The notes below the pieces were generated by a model, which was not told the DNA's origin, searched no databases, and saw only the letters and a list, made by a program, of their open reading frames with translations. DNA of 64,000 nucleotides from Chloroflexota bacterium (GTDB lineage Bacteria > Chloroflexota > UBA11872 > VXOZ01), in contig OZ219801.1 in NCBI GenBank assembly GCA_964291655.2, positions 704,001 to 768,000 of the forward strand. The letters run 5' to 3'. This document shows positions 50,021 to 59,076 of this stretch, piece by piece. The position numbers and the translations under genes were made by a program. How positions within the stretch are numbered: position 1 is the first letter of the stretch; each line of letters opens with the position of its first letter.

Positions 50021-51319
50021 CTACGCGCCTTCCGCATCAGGTGTCACTACCGTCTTGGCGTGCTCCTGGAGAGGCCGGGCGAACCGACGAAGCGCAGCTA
50101 TTGCGAGGATGATTGAAGCAAGCGCAACCACCCCGGCCACGCCAAATAAGGCCTCGAAGGACACGAGATCAGCGAGAAGTCCTCCCACCGGAGTGAGGAA
50201 CAACAGGATGCCGACCAGGGTATTCGTGAAACCCAAGTAGATGATGCGATCTTCTACAGGGGAAACCTCTATAGCCAAAACGGAGAATGTGACTTCCTGC
50301 CCACCTGTTGTAGTGCCGAGGAAGACAAAGAGGACAAGAAAGAGCCAACCTATCAGAGTAGTCGTGACATGAGCATCGGAAAGCAATTGTGCGACAATTG
50401 CCAGTACCGGCGGCAAAACACTCACCAATGTCGTCGCAACCAGGAGCAGCCAACCGCCGCCGCGCGCACCCAACCAGCCCCACATGACATTGCCGCCAAT
50501 CACGCCGCCGATGAGGGCCACTGCAGAAGACGCCACCACCGCCGCAGGCAGTTGCAGTACCCTTACGCCATACACCACATAGAAAGGCATCGCGACAGAG
50601 GCAAGCATGGCCAAAGTGCGGATGATGAGATACATGCGAAACGGTGGGTCGCGCATGACAATCTCCTTGATGCGGCGTAAGTCCTGACGCATAGTACGTT
50701 TCGGCAGCATGGGCGGGACCTCCGGCTCCTTGACGGCACTGAACGACAAGAACCCGGCACTTGTGAACACCCACGTCAGCAAGAAGAGTAGCCAAACGTA
50801 TTCGAGACTTCCTTCCGAACGTTCGAGTACCTGGCGCACGACGAGACCGGCGGCCAGAGAGCCAAGGCCGCCAAAGAAATTTCGCAGCGAAAAGAACGTC
50901 GAGAGCTGTCGCCGCTGCACAATACGCCCGACCAGATCGAAAAACGCCAGGCCGGTAAGGCCACCGGAAAGCGACGCGACGGCCATCAGGCCGATGAGAG
51001 CCGGCAGCACGATCTCCGGGCGTTCCGGCGCTACGAGCACTGTAGCCGCAAGCAGCGCCCAACAAGTGCTGCGCACGAGCGAGCTGCGCCGATAGTATTT
51101 GAGCCTCTGCCGCCGGTGTTGCAAGAAGTTGATCAGCAGCATCTGGGGCAACGCCCATCCCCCAAGCTGGATAGCAGGCAAAATGCCGATGAGCACGTTC
51201 GACTCCGTTAGCTGACTCACGTACCACGGCAGCACAACGGTCGCACTCGTAAAGGCCATTCCGGTGGTATAGAACACACCGTTCATCACGCCAAGGATGA
51301 AGTTTCTGCGGCTGGACAA
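50021..51319 (-). CDS. MFS transporter
   Basis: About 12 hydrophobic helices; VLPWYVSQLT.S..LIG..PAI...GW.LPQ. Confidence 0.85.
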   Translation of the reverse strand: MSSRRNFILGVMNGVFYTTGMAFTSATVVLPWYVSQLTESNVLIGILPAIQLGGWALPQMLLINFLQHRRQRLKYYRRSSLVRSTCWALLAATVLVAPERPEIVLPALIGLMAVASLSGGLTGLAFFDLVGRIVQRRQLSTFFSLRNFFGGLGSLAAGLVVRQVLERSEGSLEYVWLLFLLTWVFTSAGFLSFSAVKEPEVPPMLPKRTMRQDLRRIKEIVMRDPPFRMYLIIRTLAMLASVAMPFYVVYGVRVLQLPAAVVASSAVALIGGVIGGNVMWGWLGARGGGWLLLVATTLVSVLPPVLAIVAQLLSDAHVTTTLIGWLFLVLFVFLGTTTGGQEVTFSVLAIEVSPVEDRIIYLGFTNTLVGILLFLTPVGGLLADLVSFEALFGVAGVVALASIILAIAALRRFARPLQEHAKTVVTPDAEGA

Positions 51320-51398
51320 GGGGTGGCTTACTTTCGAGCGCTAGGAAGGATTGGCAACACCGAACATGATTCTTGTTATGTAGACTGTGATCCGGCGG

Positions 51399-52298
51399 TC
51401 ATGCATCGCGCACGATTGCATCTGTCATGCGGCACACGCGCACCATGGGACCAACGTCATGGACGCGTACCAGATCTGCGCCCTGTGCTATTGCCAGCGC
51501 CACCGTAGCGGCGGTGCCTTCCAGCCGCTCTTCGACGGGGAGATCAAGCGTCAGCCCAATAAAGGACTTTCGTGAAGTGCCAACCAACACCGGCTGCCCC
51601 AGACGCTGGAATGCGCTAAGGTCGCGCATGAGTTCGATATTCTGTTGCGGTGTCTTGCCGAAGCCGATCCCAGGATCGATGATGATGTTCTCGGCCGCGA
51701 TACCGTAGGAAGTGGCACGGGCAACCGCTTCCCCAAGTTCTCTCGCTACGTCTTGCGCGACGTCTCCATATGAGACCTTCTCGTAGAACCCTCCGAGGGC
51801 TGATCGCTGCGACTCCGATCGTCGATTATGCATGAGCACTACCGGCACGTTCAATGCCGCAACGGTTGCCCCCATCGCAGGATCACCGCCAAGTCCCCAA
51901 ACATCGTTGACCATTGACGCTCCCGCGCGCACGGCTTCCCGGGCTACGGCGGCCTTGTATGTGTCAATCGAGAGGGGTGTCTCTAGCTCCCGCCGTATCG
52001 CCTCGATCGCTGGCAGAACGCGGTCGAGTTCTTCCTGGAGCGATACGGTGCCTGCACCCGGCCTTGTCGATTCGCCGCCAATATCGAGGATGTCCGCACC
52101 TTCCGCAACGAATTGAACCGCCTGGGAAACGGCGCGCCGCACGTCGCCACTAATTCCATCACCGGAGAAGGAATCCGGTGTCACATTTAGTATGCCGACC
52201 ACATAGGTTTGGGAGCCCCACTGCAGCATGCGATTACCGCAGCGTGTTTCTCGAGGCTTGGAAACATGAGCCGGCGGTGAAGAACTCATGCTTCTCAC
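51399..52298 (-). CDS. folP: Dihydropteroate synthase
   Basis: GILNVTPDSFSGDG, DIGGESTRPG, SIDT, DPGIGFGK, GTSRKSF, VRVHDV. Confidence 0.97.
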   Translation of the reverse strand: MRSMSSSPPAHVSKPRETRCGNRMLQWGSQTYVVGILNVTPDSFSGDGISGDVRRAVSQAVQFVAEGADILDIGGESTRPGAGTVSLQEELDRVLPAIEAIRRELETPLSIDTYKAAVAREAVRAGASMVNDVWGLGGDPAMGATVAALNVPVVLMHNRRSESQRSALGGFYEKVSYGDVAQDVARELGEAVARATSYGIAAENIIIDPGIGFGKTPQQNIELMRDLSAFQRLGQPVLVGTSRKSFIGLTLDLPVEERLEGTAATVALAIAQGADLVRVHDVGPMVRVCRMTDAIVRDA

Positions 52299-53869
52299 TC
52301 CGGTGCGGGGCGCACGGAAGCATACTGGTACCCATGAATGAGCACGTCCCCCGGCTTGACGTTCACCACGTAGAGACTCACCTCGGGCCCCAAGCCAATT
52401 TCGACAATATGATCAGTCCGGTCACTGGCGTTTCGCACCAAGTCCGGCAAGATAACCTGCGAAATTCCTTCCGGAATCGTGAACTCCTGGCGTGTTTCCC
52501 AATACTGGGGATCAGCCGGGTTGAACAGTAGGCGGAAAGAATAGTCCTGTAGATAAAAGTTGAGCTGGCGGGAACGGTCAAACGCTACGATCAATGTCTC
52601 ATTGGGAGAGTGATTCAAGGTAATGTACCGAACCTGCTTGGTAAGAATCTCATCGATACTTCTGATTTCCTGATATCGTCCCTGACCGGCAGCGAAGAGA
52701 AATAAACTGGCGTTAGAGATGGCGATGACAGCGACTAGCGCCGCTGCGATTCCGAGGGAAACGCGGTGCGGCGTGAGCGCGGTTGTGACCATGCCGCGAT
52801 GTGTCATGAAAAAACGGTATGCCTGCTCACAATCGCGGGAGAAACCACGCACGGCTAACGCGGCATAGATGAGCAAGCCGGGGAGAAGCGAAAGAATATA
52901 GCCGGGATTACCCATGAATACCAGCATGTAAAACACCAGTGGTACGGCTACCCACAGCAGAATGAGGCGCGTGCGCGCATCTCTCACGATCTGCTGCGGA
53001 GAGAAGTAACGGCCCAAGTAGTAGAGAATCGGTAGCAGAGCGATGCCAATGCCGTTATAGAGAACACCCGCAAGGGTGCGCGTATTCTCCAGAACGGCTC
53101 TGAAGTACCCAATGAGGCCGGAAGACTGCCCGGCCCAAAAGCCATATTGCTCGGTCGATGCCTTTACGTACGCATCCCAGCCGCCGGTAAGTTGCACCAT
53201 AGGGATTCCCCAAGACAAGACCACCAGCAGCATCACGACAATCCCGCCCACCAAGCTTCGAAAGCTTCTCCCCCACCACGCGTAGACCCATACAGGTAAG
53301 AGAAAGAGCAGTAAGTCCGGACGGAAACCGGCGCCCAAACCCAGCACGAAAGCAGCCGGAATAATCAGATTGCGCGACCCAACCTTTGTTTCGGTCAAGA
53401 GCAGCAGCACGAGCGTGCTGAATAAGGCGAGGAAGGCATAGGGGTAGGCTACCTCGCCGTGTGACCAAAAGTTGCTGCTCGTGGCGAGCAACAAGGCGCT
53501 GACAATCGCGGCCTGCATTCCGTAGAGCCGCCAGCCGAGTAAGAATATGCACAAGACTGCCAGACTGCTTGCCACAAGCGAAAGAATCACATAGCTCATG
53601 TTGGCGTCAATGCCAAGATTGTAGATGAGCCTCGCGCTGGCTACATAGAGCGGGTAGCCTGGTGGATGCGGCTGATGAAAGGCAACGTTGAATTTCTCCA
53701 GAGCAAACGCATAGTTCGCCGAATCCCACGCAAAGAGGGTCTCGCTGCGAAAGGGGACCCGGCTAAGCAGTGTAACCAGAAAAAAGCCAGCGCCAATTAG
53801 CCATGCCAGTCGAGTCCACGCCGTAAGTCCTTGGCGCGATCCCCCGGCTATGCGTGCTGTCTGTTCCAT
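52295..53869 (-). CDS. GT-C fold membrane glycosyltransferase (PMT/DUF2723-like)
   Basis: WDSANY, HQPHPPGYPLY, many TM helices, GFRP, C-terminal external domain. Confidence 0.75.
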   Translation of the reverse strand: MEQTARIAGGSRQGLTAWTRLAWLIGAGFFLVTLLSRVPFRSETLFAWDSANYAFALEKFNVAFHQPHPPGYPLYVASARLIYNLGIDANMSYVILSLVASSLAVLCIFLLGWRLYGMQAAIVSALLLATSSNFWSHGEVAYPYAFLALFSTLVLLLLTETKVGSRNLIIPAAFVLGLGAGFRPDLLLFLLPVWVYAWWGRSFRSLVGGIVVMLLVVLSWGIPMVQLTGGWDAYVKASTEQYGFWAGQSSGLIGYFRAVLENTRTLAGVLYNGIGIALLPILYYLGRYFSPQQIVRDARTRLILLWVAVPLVFYMLVFMGNPGYILSLLPGLLIYAALAVRGFSRDCEQAYRFFMTHRGMVTTALTPHRVSLGIAAALVAVIAISNASLFLFAAGQGRYQEIRSIDEILTKQVRYITLNHSPNETLIVAFDRSRQLNFYLQDYSFRLLFNPADPQYWETRQEFTIPEGISQVILPDLVRNASDRTDHIVEIGLGPEVSLYVVNVKPGDVLIHGYQYASVRPAPE

Positions 53870-54107
53870 AGGTGTTGCCAGATGAAGGTACTGTCAGTTA
53901 CGGGGGAATTGCGTTTATGCGGTCTCATAGGCACCGACTTCCCATTCTAGCGGTGCCATATTCCGCCGTGCAAACAAATGCTCTCAAAAGCCCTGGACTG
54001 CAATTGCTGCCATGCCTTCCTTTAATGCACCCAGGCTTGCATGTCCTCTACGGACTATGCTTTGCTATAGGCAAAGTTGAACGTCAAAGCACCCAAGGTA
54101 ATGCGGA

Positions 54108-55556
54108 ATGAATGTCGTTGTCATCTGCCTTGATACTATGCGCACCGACATGGTGCACACACTTGGCGCTGATTTCATACGTACGCCGGTTCTCGACAAC
54201 TTGGCGGCAGAGAGCGTGGTATTCACTGAAGCGTACGGCTGTGCCTATCCTACCATTCCCGCGCGCCGGGCACTCTTTACCGGCATGAACAGTTTTCCTT
54301 GGCAATTCGGCTTTGACACGCTAGGCTCTAGCCCTTCGCCGCGGGGCTGGCACAAGATTCCACCGGAACACACACCGGTCGCTGAGCGCCTCGTTGAGGC
54401 AGGCGTCAACACCGGCTTCATCGCCGATACATATCACATGTTCAAGGCAACCATGAACTTTACGCGGGGCTTTTGCTCCTGGGACTTCGTGCGGGGCCAA
54501 GAGTTCGACCACTGGAAGACCTTGCCGCCTGGCGCGGTCGACCCAACCAAGTATACTGACGCAGAGCCGGATTCGCCCCGCATGACCGGCATGCTGCAAT
54601 ACTTGTGGAACCAAGGCGAGCGCCCGTGCGATGATGACTTTCAGGCAGCGCGCGTCTTCTTGAGCGCCATGGATTGGGTAGAAAACAACGCACCATACGG
54701 ACCGTTCTATCTCTACATCGACTCCTTCGATCCTCACGAACCGTGGGACCCGCCGCTCCATTATGCGGATGCGTATTACAAAGACGACTCGGTAAAAGAC
54801 TACATCTGGCCGGTGGGCACCGAGGTGGATGGCGAGGCGGCCATCGAACGCACAAAAGCCCTCTACTACGGTGAAGTGACGTTCGTTGATACGTGGATCG
54901 GACACTTCTTGAACAAGCTGGAGGCGCTCCATCTTCTGGAAGATACCGTAATCATCTTCACTTCCGACCACGGCACCGAGCTCCTCGACCGCAACCGCTT
55001 TGGCAAGTCCGAAGACCACCTCCAGTGGTTCAATACGCGCATCAACATGTTCATCCGCCATCCCGACAAGCAACACGCGGGCAAACGCCTCGATGCGTTC
55101 GTGCAGCACCAGGACGTGCCGCCCACCGTGCTCGATCTCTTAGGCGTCACACACCAAGGTCTCGACGGTATTTCCATGTGGGCTCTCGTTACCGGTGAAC
55201 GCGCAAAGAACCGCGACTTCATTGTTGCCGGCTGGGGACAGCACGCCACAGTGCGGGATCACGATCACAACTATGTGATCGACTTTGAACAAGGGCCGCG
55301 CAAGACCGACAGCGGCGGCTTCACGGTCACGCAGGAGACCGCTGCCCAGCACGTCCAAGAAGAGCTCTACAGCTTGAAAGACGATCCGCTTGAAACGACG
55401 AACGTGCTCGAAAGTGAGCCCGACGCGGCAGAAAAGCAACGGGCTCGCCTAGAAGGCTTTCTGGGGCAGGAATTGCCGGCGCATCTGGATGATCGGGTTG
55501 ATACCTATGAATACCCGCGCCGTGTACACGCCAAGACTAACCCGTATGTTAAGTAG
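54108..55556 (+). CDS. Sulfatase-like hydrolase (alkaline phosphatase superfamily)
   Basis: LDTMRTD, RTPVLDNLA, PTIPARRALFTG, DPHEPW, TSDHG. Confidence 0.85.
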   Translation: MNVVVICLDTMRTDMVHTLGADFIRTPVLDNLAAESVVFTEAYGCAYPTIPARRALFTGMNSFPWQFGFDTLGSSPSPRGWHKIPPEHTPVAERLVEAGVNTGFIADTYHMFKATMNFTRGFCSWDFVRGQEFDHWKTLPPGAVDPTKYTDAEPDSPRMTGMLQYLWNQGERPCDDDFQAARVFLSAMDWVENNAPYGPFYLYIDSFDPHEPWDPPLHYADAYYKDDSVKDYIWPVGTEVDGEAAIERTKALYYGEVTFVDTWIGHFLNKLEALHLLEDTVIIFTSDHGTELLDRNRFGKSEDHLQWFNTRINMFIRHPDKQHAGKRLDAFVQHQDVPPTVLDLLGVTHQGLDGISMWALVTGERAKNRDFIVAGWGQHATVRDHDHNYVIDFEQGPRKTDSGGFTVTQETAAQHVQEELYSLKDDPLETTNVLESEPDAAEKQRARLEGFLGQELPAHLDDRVDTYEYPRRVHAKTNPYVK

Positions 55557-55839
55557 ATTGTCTCCGCTTGGGTCCACCGGCGCAATTTCATCGTACATTC
55601 TGCCAATTACCCTCCCCAGTTTCGCTCCATTCCTGCCCCGAACAACTACGAGACGCAAAGTCGAATACAGCTTCTTGTCGGCAGGAAGTTTTCAAGGAGA
55701 CCTCTTGAGGTGCCTGCGGACGCCTCAGCCAAATGAGCACGCGGGCACGTTCTGATTTGACATCCAGACAAGTCAACTGTCCTCGCGGCAAGCTGACTCA
55801 GTGGTCGGCAATGCAATAGGCCTCAGAGAGGCAAAGCCA

Positions 55840-56658
55840 ATGGCGGACAGCCTCGAATCAGATTAGAAATCGGCGCCGCTAACCTTTGTCATCCCAGTCT
55901 TCAACGAAGAGCCCGGGCTCTCCGAATCACTCGAGCAGGCGCTGGCAAGCTTAGACGCCAGCGGGCTCACCGGCGAAGTCTTCATCGTTGCCGCCAATCA
56001 CGTTAGGGTAGACCTTCCTGCCGTGGAGGGCTTCCCCTCGGTGCAGCTCATCTCGGCTGAGGACGATTCCGGTTGGTGTGAAGCCGCCTTGGCTGCCAGC
56101 GCACAGGCTCGGCACGATCTCATTTGCACAATTGACGTGCCTACTCTCTACGCCACAGCCGAAATCCCAAGGCTCGTCCGTGCGATGAACGAGTACGACG
56201 CCACGATGGTGATCGGGGCACGCATCGGCATAGAGAAGCCTATTTCCGCGCGGCGTCGGATCCTGCCGTGGTTCATCGATATGCTCGCTTCCGATGCCTT
56301 GGGGAGGCCGCTGCTCGACGTAAACTCCGGATTGCGCGTTGTGCGCCGCTCAGCCTTGGGCGAATTCGCCGACCTCCTCTCGACAAAATCCGCGCCACCC
56401 GCCAAGCTGACACTCTGGATGCTGGCCAATGGCGCTTCCGTCTTATTCGTGCCTCTTGACGGCGAGCCAGCGGCACACAAGAAACTCCATGGCAGTGCAG
56501 GAGAGGCCATCCAACTCGTTCGTCTCATCATCGCCGTCGGACTGGCCTATTCACCGCGACGGACCGTGATTCTCATTGCACGCATGGCACTCATGGTGCT
56601 GATGATGGCCGCCATGATGCTCATGATGATGTGGATGCTGGGCGTGATGCCGGGGTAA
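55840..56658 (+). pseudogene. Degenerate GT2 glycosyltransferase with in-frame TAG at codon 9
   Basis: AGAGAGG RBS, ATG 55840, TAG 55864-55866, then LTFVIPVFNEE in frame with track ORF 56023-56658; DDGS and DxD motifs are lost, DVNSGLR is kept. Confidence 0.6.
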
Positions 56659-56806
56659 TGAGGAGGAATGCTTTCAACAACAGGCAATCGAGGCAAATGT
56701 GCCGAAAGTTCGCAATGGGTTCTTCATGAGTGATCACGATTTTGGCGCCGCAGCTCGGGGGCTAGTTCTCAATGCTGTCGCTTAGAACTGATGAGCACGG
56801 TACTAT

Positions 56807-56922
56807 CCGTTCGTACTGAGCGTGCCTGCCCTGAGCATGTCGAGGGGTCGAAGTATGAACGGAAAGTATAGTGCGCCACAACCAACCCGCCGTTCACCTT
56901 TCGACAGGCTCAAGGCGAACGG
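56807..56922. repeat. REP doublet, CCGTTC...GAACGG family, with a 23-nt micro-insert
   Basis: CCGTTCGTACTGAGCGTG[56825-56847]TCGAAGTATGAACGG and CCGTTCACCTTTCGACAGGCTCAAGGCGAACGG. Confidence 0.75.
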
Positions 56923-56996
56923 CTGTGCGCTCACTCATCCATCTCTCAAGACTTGGAGGGACAGCGGCATGCATTACAGTTTAGTGCGACAACATT

Positions 56997-57143
56997 GGGG
57001 CTTGTCCCCCGACTCATTGGCCAAGTCAACAAGCAGAACTCGCACCGGTCCTCCCCTAGAAGTGAATACTGTAGCGCGGGGGCTTGTCCCCCGCCTCTTT
57101 GGCTCAGTCAACAAGCGGAACTCGCAGCGGTCCTCCCCCAGAT
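56997..57143. repeat. Two ~82-bp direct repeats containing GTAG-type REP palindromes
   Basis: GGGGCTTGTCCCCCG...AGTCAACAAGC.GAACTCGCA.CGGTCCTCCCC twice. Confidence 0.7.
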
Positions 57144-58795
57144 TGGCAGCGTTTTCGAACCAGCCTGCCAGAGTGCGTTTCACGTCTTACCGGAGACCTT
57201 TGTATAACCCCCACATTCAAGCAGGGGCACTCCCTCTCCTGGGGAGGCTGTCTCAATATTTTGGTGCGGGGCACGGTGAATGGGGTGAGAAGGACAGACA
57301 GATGGCGGGTGGTATGAACAAGACGGTGCCAGTGAGAGACTCGTCCCCGGGGCGACGCTGGACTACACCCAGACCGCCACAGGGCGTGGAGGCTCTTGAG
57401 ATTGAACGCGGTGGCCAGCAGGTGCCATTCGGACGTCACGTGGCTGCGGCCTCTGAGCAGGAAGCGCCTGGCACTGTGCCACTCCTTGAGCAGGCCAAAG
57501 ACCGGCTCGACGATGGTACTCCGGCGGCGGTACACCTGCTTGGCAGGCGCGGTGGCCATCAACTGCCTGTGCCGTTGCAGTATTGGCTCGTAGGCGCTGA
57601 TCTTTATGGAGCGGCCCCTCTGGGAGGAGGTGCAGACGCCGAAGGCCGGACAGGTTCTGCAGTCCCGGCCGTTGGCTTGGTACCGCTTGACCCGGTAGCC
57701 GTTGCTGTGGGTCAAGCGGTGCGTGTAGGTGAGCACCTTTTGCTGGGGACACAGGTAGGTGTCGGTCTCTGGACGGTAGGTGAAGTGGTCTTTATGGTAG
57801 GGGTTGCGGCGTCTGCGCTCGTGGGTCGTGGGCATCAATACCGTGTGGCCGCCGGCGTGGCACGTGGCGAGGTTGGCCCCCGAATGGTAGCCGGCGTCCG
57901 CAACGGTCACCACGTCCCGCGCGGCGTCGATGTTCTCCTGCGCCGCCTCGATCAGCGGCGCCAGGTGGGGATGGTCGTCGGCACTGGCGCTCACGTCCAC
58001 GGCTGTGATCAACCTCCCCCCTGCGCCCTCGTCCGGGGACGCAAGAGGGGAGACCAGCGCCTGGGCGTTGTAGCCGGTGATGAAGCCACCCATGCCAGTC
58101 TTGAGCAGGGCCGCGTCCGCATCAGTCAGGTTCGTGTAGCGCGGCCCGTCCTCAGCCGCGACGCGGGCGAGCGCGTCGTCCACCCGCCGCCGCAGGGCCT
58201 GGGCATCGGCAAGTTCCTGCGGCAAAGTCGCTGGCGGCGCGTCGCCCCCCGTGGCGTTCTGCGCCTCCAGGTCCGCGATCGCTTGCTCGGTGCGGGACAA
58301 CAGCCGCTGCAGCCCCTGCGCGTCGTGGGTATGCCGCGTCCCGGCGTTGGCCGCGATCCTGGTGCCGTCCACCGCCTGGATTGCCAACTCCACCAGGCCG
58401 GCTCGCACCGCCGTGCGCACCGTGCGCTTGAGCAGCGTCCGCATCCGGTCGCGGTGCGCCTTGTAGAAGCGCCACAGCGTGTTGTGGTCCGGCTGCTGCA
58501 TCCCCACCAGCCACAGGTACGGTACCTGATCCCGGCAGGCTGCCTCCAGCTTGCGGCTCGAGCGCACGCCGGTCATGAAGCCGTAGACCCATACGCCCAG
58601 CAGCGCGCGCGGATGGTAGGCCCCGGCGCCACGCGGATCGCCTTGCAGGTCAATCTCCATCGCCTCCCAGGCCGCAGCATCGAGGCTGTCCACGAACGCT
58701 GCCGCAAACCTGACAGGATGGTCGTCCGGGATCAGTTCGTCCAGCGTCGGCGGCAACAGCCAGGCCTGTTCACGACTAAACGGTCTCAACGGCAT
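57104..58795 (-). CDS. IS1182-family DDE transposase; frame runs 140 nt past the IS end
   Basis: YHPRALL...YG...GVRSSRKLE, PDHNTLWRF (DUF772), VDGTRIAANA, GYNAQ, ADAGY, VEPVFG; AGAGAGG RBS before ATG 58795. Confidence 0.92.
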   Translation of the reverse strand: MPLRPFSREQAWLLPPTLDELIPDDHPVRFAAAFVDSLDAAAWEAMEIDLQGDPRGAGAYHPRALLGVWVYGFMTGVRSSRKLEAACRDQVPYLWLVGMQQPDHNTLWRFYKAHRDRMRTLLKRTVRTAVRAGLVELAIQAVDGTRIAANAGTRHTHDAQGLQRLLSRTEQAIADLEAQNATGGDAPPATLPQELADAQALRRRVDDALARVAAEDGPRYTNLTDADAALLKTGMGGFITGYNAQALVSPLASPDEGAGGRLITAVDVSASADDHPHLAPLIEAAQENIDAARDVVTVADAGYHSGANLATCHAGGHTVLMPTTHERRRRNPYHKDHFTYRPETDTYLCPQQKVLTYTHRLTHSNGYRVKRYQANGRDCRTCPAFGVCTSSQRGRSIKISAYEPILQRHRQLMATAPAKQVYRRRSTIVEPVFGLLKEWHSARRFLLRGRSHVTSEWHLLATAFNLKSLHALWRSGCSPASPRGRVSHWHRLVHTTRHLSVLLTPFTVPRTKILRQPPQERECPCLNVGVIQRSPVRRETHSGRLVRKRCQSGGGPLRVPLVD

Positions 58796-59076
58796 CGTCA
58801 CTACCTCTCTACAAACTATCCCACCACCTCACCTTGCTTCTCTTCACACCAGTATATATCCAGTAGATCTATTTTTGAGACACCCTCTGGGGGAGAGGGT
58901 TGGGGTGAGGGCGTCTTCTTGCTACGATGGCCCTTTACGCTGGGCAGTGTCAATACGTATCAGGGCAGAATCGGTGTGCATATGGAGAGATTTCAGAAGA
59001 TCCACACTCACCCTAGCCCTCTCCCGTCGAGGGAGAGGGAACTATTTCGCTACCGCTTGAGTTGAGCAAAGGTCTC
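57193..59076. mobile_element. GAGAC-ended MITE (cassette C), 236 bp without the nested IS1182
   Basis: TIR GAGACCTTTGTATAAC / rc GAGACCTTTGCTCAAC; TSD TTACCG (57187-57192, 59077-59082) includes the stop codon of the adjacent gene; carries an inverted palindrome doublet. Confidence 0.8.
57244..58887 (-). mobile_element. IS1182-family insertion sequence, 1644 bp
   Basis: TIR GAGGCTGTCTCAA / rc GAGGGTGTCTCAA; TSD TGGG (57240-57243, 58888-58891) is the loop of CCCTCTCC-TGGG-GGAGAGGG. Confidence 0.92.

Noticed and set aside
24834-55866. Genome-wide TAG recoding suggested by two early ambers
   Set aside because: TAG ends many genes at their expected C-termini here (alaS, secF, alr, thyX, CocE)
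56822-59065. 747-aa plus-strand ORF
   Set aside because: Antisense shadow of the GC-rich IS1182 transposase that also runs through REP repeats; no motifs
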